Positions 39,913-48,623 of a DNA stretch of 64,000 bases are shown here, one piece after another. Source of the DNA: Verrucomicrobiales bacterium (GTDB lineage: Bacteria > Verrucomicrobiota > Verrucomicrobiia > Verrucomicrobiales > V1-33). Positions within the stretch are counted from its first letter, which is position 1, and each line of letters opens with the position of its first letter. The position numbers were made by a program, and so were the translations under genes. The notes below the pieces were generated by a model that was not told the DNA's origin, searched no databases, and was given only the letters and a program-made list of their open reading frames with translations. Location: NCBI GenBank assembly GCA_031411295.1, contig JANOAV010000189.1, positions 32,001 through 96,000 on the forward strand, written 5' to 3'.

Positions 39913-41707
39913 TGACACGGAGGCGGTAAAATTTCTTCTCTCCCGGCTCAGGTATGAGCGCTTCCGACAGCCGATTATTGGTGCAGGGATCCCCATTATT
40001 GATCGTTGTGAAAACGGGCACGGGCGCACTCCAGTCCAGCAAATCGAAGCTCGCTTCCACGGTTAGGCTGGCGTTGCACAAGTCGTAGGCCGCACGGCTG
40101 AATTGCAGAAAATAATAGCCGCCATGCTGGGTGATGCTTAAGCCGCGGTTGGTTTCTGCTGCGCTGGGATCAGTGTTTAAGGCCCACTCGAAGATGTTAG
40201 GCAATCCATCCTTATCAGGGTCCGCCAGCTTGATGGTGTCGTCTCCCGTGAGTTTTTTCAATCCAATCCAAGTAGCGTAATCCAAGCAGCAAGTGGGCGG
40301 AGCGAGATTATTTAAATTCATCTTGCGCAGGAAGGTCGTTTTGCACCCGGGCGGAAGTGGCAGCGTAACGTCGGATTTTGCGATGACGTAATTGCGCACT
40401 TCATTCAGGGTGGCCCACGGGCGGAAGGAAAGATAGTAGAGCGCCAACCCGGCCGCATAGCCTGCGGCATAACTGGTGCCGGAACTGCTGATTAGTGCAT
40501 TGGATGCTTTGCTGGCACGGGTGACGGCACTGCCTGGAGCGAACAGGTGGGTGGCGGGGCCGAAATTTGAATTCGTCCAAACCGTGTTCGTGGCAGTGGT
40601 CGCACCAATGAGGAGGAGGTATTCGGAGGTCGGAGTGGCGTAAGTTAGGCACGGAGTAAACAGGTCTGCCAGCGTCTTGTTCAAGGGCAGGCCTGAAGGG
40701 GTGCGGATGGGGACGGCTGGGGTAATCGTGGACACGAGACTGAGGGGCATGCAGCCATTGGACACGGGTGCGCTCGTCAAAGGAAGCTCCGGATCGCTGT
40801 TGGAGGCGGCATTCCCGGCGGAGGAAACGATGACCAACCCGGTGCGTGAGGCCTCGGCCATCTGCCGCTCCATGATTTCGGAATAACTGAGGTTTGTGCG
40901 GTTGGCGAAGAGCAACACGCCACCATCATTCATGGGGGAAGCATCGCTGCGTCGCGCTAACTGCTGTTCTGAGGCTTGGAAGATGACGTTAATGGCATCG
41001 CTCATCCAAGGTGGCGTCGGTGGTGTAATCGAGGGAAAATAGATCTGGCAGGGTTCAAGTTTGACCGAGCCACCGTGCAGATGGGCAAACAATCCCGTGT
41101 CCTTCCCGACTGCGGTGGAGGCGACTCCGGTGCCATGATCATGGAGGTCGATGAACGGACTGGCACCAGTTCCGAGCAGGCTTGTCGTCATTAAGCCAGC
41201 GCCCCAAACGACCGGAGAAGTGGGGCCGAATTGACCATGCAGATTGCCGCCAATGAGTTGCTGCACCCCCGTGTCCACGACGTAGAGGGTAACTTGACAG
41301 GGAGCGCAACCGGCGGGAGCCGGGAGACCATAGGGGAGGCTGGCGAGCAAATTTTGCAGGGCCCAGCCGGTGGGCAGAGGATCCGGGGCCGGCGGCCCAT
41401 CGTTAGGCACCATGAGTTGGTCTTCCTCAATGAGGTATTCCCGATGCTGGGTGACGAATCCTTGGAACTCCGCAGCCGTGAGTTTGATCAGCGCTAAATT
41501 CGTGCGCAAGGCGGCATTGCTGAGCACCCATTCTCCTGGTTCCTGCGGCGGGTGCGGCAGACTGTTGATGAAATCCTGCTTCGGAATGGGCCCCGTGGAG
41601 GCATTGACGCCACGCACGGAAACGAGATAACGTGTGGTGTTGGTAGTTTGAGCCGGGGCGCTCCACGTCACCAGCAGCAGGAAAAGAAAGGGGAGGAAAC
41701 GGTGCAT
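39902..41707 (-). CDS. Secreted S8 subtilase with C-terminal DxDxDG domain
   Basis: Triad VVDTG, HDHGT and SGTSYA; oxyanion-hole SAGN; signal peptide. Confidence 0.88.
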   Translation of the reverse strand: MHRFLPFLFLLLVTWSAPAQTTNTTRYLVSVRGVNASTGPIPKQDFINSLPHPPQEPGEWVLSNAALRTNLALIKLTAAEFQGFVTQHREYLIEEDQLMVPNDGPPAPDPLPTGWALQNLLASLPYGLPAPAGCAPCQVTLYVVDTGVQQLIGGNLHGQFGPTSPVVWGAGLMTTSLLGTGASPFIDLHDHGTGVASTAVGKDTGLFAHLHGGSVKLEPCQIYFPSITPPTPPWMSDAINVIFQASEQQLARRSDASPMNDGGVLLFANRTNLSYSEIMERQMAEASRTGLVIVSSAGNAASNSDPELPLTSAPVSNGCMPLSLVSTITPAVPIRTPSGLPLNKTLADLFTPCLTYATPTSEYLLLIGATTATNTVWTNSNFGPATHLFAPGSAVTRASKASNALISSSGTSYAAGYAAGLALYYLSFRPWATLNEVRNYVIAKSDVTLPLPPGCKTTFLRKMNLNNLAPPTCCLDYATWIGLKKLTGDDTIKLADPDKDGLPNIFEWALNTDPSAAETNRGLSITQHGGYYFLQFSRAAYDLCNASLTVEASFDLLDWSAPVPVFTTINNGDPCTNNRLSEALIPEPGEKKFYRLRVNVP

Positions 41708-41720
41708 CTGGAATGATCGG

Positions 41721-43211
41721 TTAGAAGAATAAAGTCATTTGCACGTGCAGCCGGGGAGGCAGGCGGTCTGTCAGTGGCCAGGCCGCCTCACAACGCAACT
41801 GCCCCCAGCGGCCCAATTGGGCCCGGATGCCGGTGCCCAGAGCGATTGGGGTTTCCGTTAACGCCTGTTCCGTCCAAGTATGGCCAGCGTCCGCAAAGCA
41901 CACTGCTTGCGCTTGCGACTGCGGCAACAGGGGCAGGGGGATGAACGGGGTGCGGCCCTCGATGCTGCCGCGCAGGCCGGAACTACCAATCAGGGAGCGC
42001 TCACGATACCCCCGCACGGCATTTGCTCCCGTGAGGTAAAATGCTTCCGAAGACAGTAAGGTGCCATCTGCCCATTGGCCACCGATGCTGGTAATCAGGC
42101 TGGCGCGGTTCTGCCAGGTGTGCGTCCAGGTGGCTTGCGCCCGGGCATAGAAAAATTGGGATGAAGCACCGGGCACCCCGGCAGCGTAATCCTCATTGGC
42201 ACTATGACCCCAGAGCCCACCGGGGCTGTAGATGGCTTCGGTGCTGAGTTCCAGCGTGTCCTGTGGATGGGTTAAGCTTATTTTTCCACCAAGCGAAAAC
42301 GTGGCGACATCCAGCGGTTGCTGCAGCGCGGATTGGCCGCCGAAGAAGACATCGGTGGCAAAATGCTTCACCTCCATGCCCAGCCATGTTTCCCCGGCAC
42401 AACTCACGCTGGGGCGCCAAGGCACGAGGTATTTTGCGCTCGCGAACCAGGCTTCCCCAGCCACGGAAATAGCATCGACATCGGGCGATTGCGTTTGCAC
42501 GAAGGCCCCGGTGAGCGCGATCTCATGATGCCAGGGGAGTCGCCCTTTCCATTCCCCCATCATCGCGTGATAGGTCTCGAATTCCTCCGCCATCTGGCCT
42601 TGCAGGGTCAGGGTGTTGTCGAAGCCGCATAAATCTCCCACGCTCATCCCTGCCAGCCAGCGCGCTTCGCCCAGCGGTCGAATGCCATCATTGGAGAAAC
42701 TTACCCAAGCTGAGAGCGGCATTTCCGGCGGCAGATCGAATCGCAGGTCGGCTACGTCTGGGGTGGCTCCTGGCGTGGCGGCCACGGTGGCGCGGTGAAA
42801 TGGATTTCGATTCAAATCGTCCAGCGATTGCTGTAATTTCACACCGGTTAGGATATCTCCTGAATGCAGACGTGGACTTGGCGCGGCCAGCCAGCGATGT
42901 CCCGTCTGGGTCACCTTTCCCACGCGACCCTCGGTAACTTGCAAGGTGAGCACGCCTTGCTGGCAGGCGTTTTCCGGCAGACTTACTTGGACGACAGGAA
43001 AATCCTGCGTTTGATAGTGGGCCACGATCAGACTGGCGATTTCCTCTGCGGTTCCCGTGGTGAACTCCTGCCCTTGAAACGCCACCAAGGCATTGGCAAG
43101 CTTGGTGGCAGCAGGGATGGGAGCCGCGTGGTCAAGATTGATGCTGCGGATGGTTTCCCCAAAGCCGGACACTGGGAAAAGGCAGAGAGCGATCCAATGA
43201 GCATGACGCAT
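41721..43211 (-). CDS. TpsB (ShlB/FhaC/HecB family) outer membrane transporter
   Basis: POTRA domain (HYQTQDFP..V.LP...GVLTLQVTEG), LNRNPF, VRGY loop motif and terminal Phe. Confidence 0.9.
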   Translation of the reverse strand: MRHAHWIALCLFPVSGFGETIRSINLDHAAPIPAATKLANALVAFQGQEFTTGTAEEIASLIVAHYQTQDFPVVQVSLPENACQQGVLTLQVTEGRVGKVTQTGHRWLAAPSPRLHSGDILTGVKLQQSLDDLNRNPFHRATVAATPGATPDVADLRFDLPPEMPLSAWVSFSNDGIRPLGEARWLAGMSVGDLCGFDNTLTLQGQMAEEFETYHAMMGEWKGRLPWHHEIALTGAFVQTQSPDVDAISVAGEAWFASAKYLVPWRPSVSCAGETWLGMEVKHFATDVFFGGQSALQQPLDVATFSLGGKISLTHPQDTLELSTEAIYSPGGLWGHSANEDYAAGVPGASSQFFYARAQATWTHTWQNRASLITSIGGQWADGTLLSSEAFYLTGANAVRGYRERSLIGSSGLRGSIEGRTPFIPLPLLPQSQAQAVCFADAGHTWTEQALTETPIALGTGIRAQLGRWGQLRCEAAWPLTDRLPPRLHVQMTLFF

Positions 43212-43243
43212 GAAAATGAAAGGGGTGGATCGCGTGGAATAAA

Positions 43244-43915
43244 TCAAGGTGGAGACTGCAGCTTGCTTTGCAGTTGTTGCAGGGCGTTGACCCATTGCGA
43301 GGGACGATCTCCCAAGGCGTTTTTGTAGAGCGCGGGAGCAGGATCAGATTGCGCGACGCCATCTTTCGTAATCGTTAGCAGAACCTTGAGGGGATCGGAG
43401 GTGGCATCCAAGTGCACCACCACGCTGGTGTTGGCGTTGGCGCTGATCAATTCCGCCTGGTCCAACTTCGCCTGTTCCGCAGGGAAATTTTCCAAACCGG
43501 TCCATTGCCAGGAAATTCCGGGGATGGTGGCGACTTGACCGCCGCCCCGCAACTGATCGCCAGCGCCTGTGGTGGTATGGTTGGTGGAGGGGTTGCCATT
43601 TTGCCAGACGAGCAGCGCCACGATACAAGCGGCGGCCAGGGAACCGCCCCAAGCCATCATATTACGGGAGGAGAAGGCCTCGGTGATACGACTCCACAGG
43701 CTGGAGCTTTCCATAGTGCGAGCGGCTGCTTCTGGAGCAATGCCGAAGGTCTTTTGAATGTCGCTTAACAAATCCGCTGGCAGGGGCGGGGCAGACTCAC
43801 CGTGATCCGGAGTCGCCTGGGTGGCCAGCCAAGCGAGGACTTGCTCCGACTGCGGCTGCGTGGAGGCAGGCGTGGCGTGTTGAGTGTTCGCGGGGTGATC
43901 TAGTTCTGGTGTCAT
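43244..43915 (-). CDS. Putative anti-sigma factor (single TM)
   Basis: Directly downstream of the sigma-like gene; TM WGGSLAAACIVALLVW followed by a linker containing LRGG. Confidence 0.6.
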   Translation of the reverse strand: MTPELDHPANTQHATPASTQPQSEQVLAWLATQATPDHGESAPPLPADLLSDIQKTFGIAPEAAARTMESSSLWSRITEAFSSRNMMAWGGSLAAACIVALLVWQNGNPSTNHTTTGAGDQLRGGGQVATIPGISWQWTGLENFPAEQAKLDQAELISANANTSVVVHLDATSDPLKVLLTITKDGVAQSDPAPALYKNALGDRPSQWVNALQQLQSKLQSPP

Positions 43916-43992
43916 CGGGTATGGAGTAGTTGGGTTCTACCAAAGATGATCGGATTGGCGGGGGCTGATTTGCAAAATAGTTGAGATTTATT

Positions 43993-44889
43993 TCACGGAA
44001 GTTGAATTCTACTCGCCAGGGTGGCGATCATTTCGTCCACATACTCGTTGAGCCGACGTCGCTTGGTGGCCGAAGAGGCACTGGCTTTTACGCCAAGTTC
44101 CTTTAGCACCGCGGGTTCTTCAATGAGCTGCATTCGATTCGCGGACTCCAGCACGTAGAGCCGCATGAGCACATTCCACTGGAATTCGGAAAGACAATCC
44201 CGGCATTCTTGGTAGCAGGTGTAGAAAGAAAATTCCTCACCTGGAGCGGCATCCGGGCTGGGCACCTGCTCGACTTCCTCTCCTGAAACCAAGCCTCCCG
44301 GACCAGGAGATCGTTTCTGCGCGGACTTGGCGCGCAGGTAATCGGTGCCCACATTTTTCGCCATCGCGTGGAGCAACGGCATGAGTTCCTCGTAAACATG
44401 AATTGTATCCAGCGGACGAGTTACGCCATCAGCGCGGGGTTTGAACAGCGCCACCAAGGTGTCCGAGAGCACATCCTCAATTTCCTCCTGCGGCACCCCC
44501 AGCGATTTCATCGTCTGCCAATTGCGCTGGCGGAAATGGTTCAGGGTGGTTTGCCAGGCGGTTCCGGCTGACTGGTCTTGTTGAAGCTGCCGCAAATGAA
44601 GCCCCGGCGGATCGGTGGCCGCAGGATCCGCCCAGAGTGCAGGCGCATCGGCCGCCAAGCGCGCCGAGGCTACCGTCACTAAGGTCGCTTTGCGGGTATT
44701 CGACCGCAGGAATTCCACGATTTCTGGCAGCGAAGTCAGCTTGCGTCCATCTGCCAGCAAACGTTGGAAGACTTCGCGCGCGATTTGCTCCGCTTCTGGC
44801 GCAGGCACACAAATCCCTGACAGCGGACGGCGCGCGATGGCGAAGCTGTCCGACCATAATTTTGTCCATGTTGATTCCGGGAAAGCCAT
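43993..44889 (-). CDS. Atypical ECF sigma-like factor with an extra N-terminal sigma2-like segment
   Basis: EEIEDVLSDTLVAL, AKNVGTDYLRAKSAQKR and CLSEFQWNVL segments; start reassigned to ATG 44889. Confidence 0.65.
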   Translation of the reverse strand: MAFPESTWTKLWSDSFAIARRPLSGICVPAPEAEQIAREVFQRLLADGRKLTSLPEIVEFLRSNTRKATLVTVASARLAADAPALWADPAATDPPGLHLRQLQQDQSAGTAWQTTLNHFRQRNWQTMKSLGVPQEEIEDVLSDTLVALFKPRADGVTRPLDTIHVYEELMPLLHAMAKNVGTDYLRAKSAQKRSPGPGGLVSGEEVEQVPSPDAAPGEEFSFYTCYQECRDCLSEFQWNVLMRLYVLESANRMQLIEEPAVLKELGVKASASSATKRRRLNEYVDEMIATLASRIQLP

Positions 44890-45131
44890 GATTCGAATAA
44901 TTAGAAATGGCATACCCACTGCGGGGCCGTCCAGCGAAATCATGGATAATTGAACGAAAACGACATTTCTACTTCTGATTCCATCCAGGTCGATTGCTTT
45001 CAGAACCCTCGTGATCAATCAAATTTCCAGATAAATTTTTCGTGAGAGCACGCCAAAGGAATCGCTGGATATTTCACAAAGCGCATTCTAAGATCCGCCA
45101 ACCCAATCACGCCACTCACTCCTTGCTCCAC

Positions 45132-46124
45132 ATGAACCTCATTTCTCTGACCCGCCGTCACTTGATTCCCGCACTCGTGATCGCCTGCCAATTAGCTTTG
45201 ATTCCCGCTATTCACGCTGAGACCAACGGCCTGGCGGCCACGGTCAATGGTCGTGCGATTACGAAGGCGGAAGTGGATGAGCAGATCAAGAACCAAGTGC
45301 GGGCGATTGATGCGCAAGTGCCGGACGTAGCCAAGCGCGCCGAGCTTAAAAGCAAACTGCGCAAGGAATCATTAGACTCCTTGATTGACCGGGAGTTGAT
45401 GCTGGCTGAATACATTAAGCTGAGCGGCGGCCAGCCTGTGAAGCCACAGTATGTGCAGGAAGACATTAAGGACTTCATCAAGCAAACCTACGGTGGGGAC
45501 AACGACAAATTTTTGAAGGAACTAAAGCAATTCGGCATGACCCTGAAGAAATTCAGCGAGGTGCGGGAGAAGATGCTCATCGTGCAGATGATGCGTTCCC
45601 ATGTGACCAAGGAAGTTGGGGTCCCCACGCCAGACAAAAAGGCTGAGTTCATGAAGAAGCACAGCGATATGTTCCGGGGCACCGAATACATCAAACTGCG
45701 CTCCATTACGGTCAGTAAATTCGGCGGAGCACCCGGCACCACCCCAGACGACCAGAAGAAGCTGATCAAAGAAATCCGCCAGCGGGTGATCAAAGGTGGG
45801 GATTTTGCTTCCGAAGCCAAGACCTACTCCAACGACTCCCATGCTTCCAGCGGTGGCGACTGGGGCACGATAGATCGCAGCGCCATGTCGGCCCGCATGG
45901 CTGCCGCCGCTTTCGCCCTTGATGCCAAATCCATTAGCGATATCATCGAAGACGAAGAGAATTACTATCTGTTTTATGTCGAAGCCAAGCAACCGGGCAA
46001 AATGAAGCCCGCCTCTGAGATCGAGCCAGAGTTGGAGAAACTAGTCCAGAATGAAGAACGCACGCAGTTGCTAAAAGCTTGGTTGGATCGCGCTCGGAGC
46101 AAGGCCAATATCAAGAAGTTCTAA
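45132..46124 (+). CDS. SurA/PrsA-like parvulin peptidyl-prolyl isomerase
   Basis: AATVNGRAIT, LDSLIDREL, GGDFASEAKTYSND..SGGDWG and ARSKANIK motifs. Confidence 0.9.
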   Translation: MNLISLTRRHLIPALVIACQLALIPAIHAETNGLAATVNGRAITKAEVDEQIKNQVRAIDAQVPDVAKRAELKSKLRKESLDSLIDRELMLAEYIKLSGGQPVKPQYVQEDIKDFIKQTYGGDNDKFLKELKQFGMTLKKFSEVREKMLIVQMMRSHVTKEVGVPTPDKKAEFMKKHSDMFRGTEYIKLRSITVSKFGGAPGTTPDDQKKLIKEIRQRVIKGGDFASEAKTYSNDSHASSGGDWGTIDRSAMSARMAAAAFALDAKSISDIIEDEENYYLFYVEAKQPGKMKPASEIEPELEKLVQNEERTQLLKAWLDRARSKANIKKF

Positions 46125-46242
46125 ATCCAGGCGACAGGTAGTCCTGCCTCGCTCTGACGGCAGTAAGCTCAGCGCGTAAGATTTTTCTTGCACGTTAGGC
46201 TGGCCGTGTTATCTATTCTGCATTCCTACACGGAGGTTCCCT

Positions 46243-46317
46243 ATGACAACTACCCTCACAACAAAATCGGCCACGGCGTTCTCTGCAATGAACGCTGGCT
46301 GGGTGAGTGCGCTCTAA
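46243..46317 (+). CDS. Putative leader peptide MTTTLTTKSATAFSAMNAGWVSAL (24 aa)
   Basis: GGAGG at 46232-46236, 6 nt before the ATG; the 3' end lies in the 5' arm of a long hairpin. Confidence 0.5.
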   Translation: MTTTLTTKSATAFSAMNAGWVSAL

Positions 46318-46508
46318 ATGTTGTCGGCGGGTTCGGATTCATTAATCACCGGAACGCTCACAACGTTCAACCTGGGGTTCACTTGATCAGCCAGCGCTGA
46401 CTCCAACTAAATGGGTATTCCTTCGAATGCCCGTAATTTCTCCTCCACGTGATACCGTGGGGAGATTGGTAAATGACACCCTTTGACTGCGGCTTGGTAG
46501 CCGTGGTC
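46293..46508 (+). promoter_or_regulatory. Structured RNA leader: one long hairpin and three short hairpins
   Basis: CGCTGGCTG (46293-46301) pairs with CAGCCAGCG (46388-46396), with nested inner stems. Further stems at 46413-46432, 46439-46465 and 46485-46508. Confidence 0.6.
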
Positions 46509-46523
46509 GCTTGAACTTATTAT

Positions 46524-46943
46524 ATGAAATCATCGACTCGATGTTCCGCGCAGGAAATTCATCCTCTCTGCGCTGAACTCCGCCCGGACGACGGGCTCCC
46601 TCCGCATCTCACGAAGCGGAAAGAACAACGGGAAAACCGCGGTCCTCACGAGGGCCGCTCCCAACAATACTGCAAAGCTGTGTGGCGTGCGCTGGATGCT
46701 GGCTTAGCCAGCGCCTGTGGCGACCCGCGCTTGAAATCCCTCGCGATCCTCTCCGTGGAGCCACTCCCCGGCGGATCGAAACTCATTGTCGTGGTCTCAG
46801 CTCCCGTAGCTGATCGCGCGGAACTTAGTGCGCTGGAGCAAGCCTTGCAAAAGGCCTCCGGCCTGCTCCGCTCCGTCGTTGCCAGTGACATCCACCGCAA
46901 GCGGGCACCCCATTTAACCTTCCGCGTGGTGCCTGAAACTTAA
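46524..46943 (+). CDS. RbfA-like (type II KH fold) paralog with N-terminal extension
   Basis: DPRLKSLAILSVE, ALQKASGLLRSVVA..IHRKRAPHLTF match RbfA; the N-terminus (CAELRPDDG...QYCKAV) is non-canonical. Confidence 0.75.
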   Translation: MKSSTRCSAQEIHPLCAELRPDDGLPPHLTKRKEQRENRGPHEGRSQQYCKAVWRALDAGLASACGDPRLKSLAILSVEPLPGGSKLIVVVSAPVADRAELSALEQALQKASGLLRSVVASDIHRKRAPHLTFRVVPET

Positions 46944-47003
46944 CTAATCCCCCACCCTTCCCGACACCATTCTGTGCTTGGGACGGGTGGGCCACTTAAC
47001 TTT

Positions 47004-48623
47004 ATGAACTTACTGACTGAATCAGATTTACTCCTGGCGGGTTGGCTGCACGGCCCGCAACTTGAGCAAATGCTCACCGCCGTGGCAGCCATGGAAGCCC
47101 GTGGCATCCAGGATCGCGCTTACGCAATGAAACTGCTGCGACGTGATTTCCCGCCGCCCGAACTCAAGCTCCAGATGCGAACGGAAGCCGCCCCGCTGGC
47201 GGAAGCCATTGCGGCCACCAATGCGCAGGACGAGCAGAACATCGGGGCGGTGCGTCGCTACATGGATCAACTGCTGCGGGTGCCGATCATCCAGCGTGGA
47301 GCCATCATGCCCGACGCCTGTCCAGCAGGTTCTGCCGTGGCTAACATTCCCGTCGGTGGCGTGGTGGCCGTGGAGCAGGCCATCATTCCCAGCGCTCACA
47401 GCGAAGACATTTGCTGCTCGATGTATGCCAGTTTCTACCAATCCAACGACCCGATCGCAATCCAGTTGGATACTCTCATGCAATCCACTCGCTTCGGCCA
47501 GGGAGGCCGTAAAGAGGAGGATTGGGTGGCGCATCCGGTCTTATCAGAACCGGTGTGGGACAATCAGTTCCTGCAAGGATTGGAACGCCATGCCGCCATG
47601 CATCTGGCGGACCAGGGGGATGGAAATCACTTTGCCTATCTGGGGAAAGTAGCGCTCAGCCCCGCTCAGCTCGACCGACTTACCCAAGCCGGCCATACCG
47701 AACTCGCAACCACTCTGGCTGCGGCTGACGGAAAATGGAACGTGCTCGTGACCCATCACGGCAGCCGCGGACTGGGGGCTCATGTTTTCAAGCGCGGCCA
47801 AAAAGCGGCAGAGAAAGCCACGGCCAAGATTGCCGCCGGTATGCCCACCGCCGCCTGCTGGTTGGATGTGACCACCGAGGAAGGGGAAGCTTACTGGGAG
47901 GCGCTCCAATATGTCAGTCGCTGGACCCGGGCCAACCACCAGTGCATTCATGCAGGCTTTGCCCAGCGACTCGGGATCACCCTGGCCGCAGCCGTGGGAA
48001 ATGAACATAATTTCGTCTGGCAACGCGGCCGCACCTTCCTGCACGGAAAAGGTGCCACCCCCGCATGGCCGGACGAGCAGGGGCGGCCTCAGTTGGGACT
48101 CATTCCGCTGCACATGGCGGCCCCGATCCTCTTGGTGCTAGGGCGGGATAACCCAGAGTATCTCAGCTTCGCCCCCCATGGTGCTGGCCGCAATGTTTCC
48201 CGCAGGACAGCGGTGAAACCCTACCGTCAGGAAGATGGATCCATCGAGCCCAAGGAGCTTCAGCGCTTGGTCAAGGAACAAACGCCAGACTTGGATATCC
48301 GCTGGTGGCACGGCAAGGCCGATCTGAGCGAGACCCCACTAGCATACAAATCGGCGGCCCAGGTGCAGGCGCAAATTGAGCACTTCCAGTTAGCCGAAAT
48401 CATAGCCGAGATCCAACCGCTCGGCTGTATCATGGCTGGCGATGCCGGACCGCGTCCGTGGGCTCGTGAATTGGAACTGACGCCCAAGCAAAAACGCCAG
48501 ATCGAGCATCGCTCGGATCGTCGCAAATCACGGCAGAGTTTGCTGCACTGGGACGAGGACGAATGCAGAGCTACCGCCCTGCAGGATGGCGTCTCCGACG
48601 CAATAGCCAGACCGATCCCATGA
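47004..48623 (+). CDS. rtcB: RtcB family RNA ligase
   Basis: MPDACP, DICCSM, GDGNHF, HHGSRG, NEHNF, HGKGAT, PHGAGR and ETPLAYK motifs. Confidence 0.92.
   Translation: MNLLTESDLLLAGWLHGPQLEQMLTAVAAMEARGIQDRAYAMKLLRRDFPPPELKLQMRTEAAPLAEAIAATNAQDEQNIGAVRRYMDQLLRVPIIQRGAIMPDACPAGSAVANIPVGGVVAVEQAIIPSAHSEDICCSMYASFYQSNDPIAIQLDTLMQSTRFGQGGRKEEDWVAHPVLSEPVWDNQFLQGLERHAAMHLADQGDGNHFAYLGKVALSPAQLDRLTQAGHTELATTLAAADGKWNVLVTHHGSRGLGAHVFKRGQKAAEKATAKIAAGMPTAACWLDVTTEEGEAYWEALQYVSRWTRANHQCIHAGFAQRLGITLAAAVGNEHNFVWQRGRTFLHGKGATPAWPDEQGRPQLGLIPLHMAAPILLVLGRDNPEYLSFAPHGAGRNVSRRTAVKPYRQEDGSIEPKELQRLVKEQTPDLDIRWWHGKADLSETPLAYKSAAQVQAQIEHFQLAEIIAEIQPLGCIMAGDAGPRPWARELELTPKQKRQIEHRSDRRKSRQSLLHWDEDECRATALQDGVSDAIARPIP

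Noticed and set aside
46188..46400. 70-aa ORF starting at TTG in the rbfA-like leader
   Set aside because: It has no RBS and starts in a -35-like TTGCAC; the GGAGG-led ORF at 46243 is better supported.
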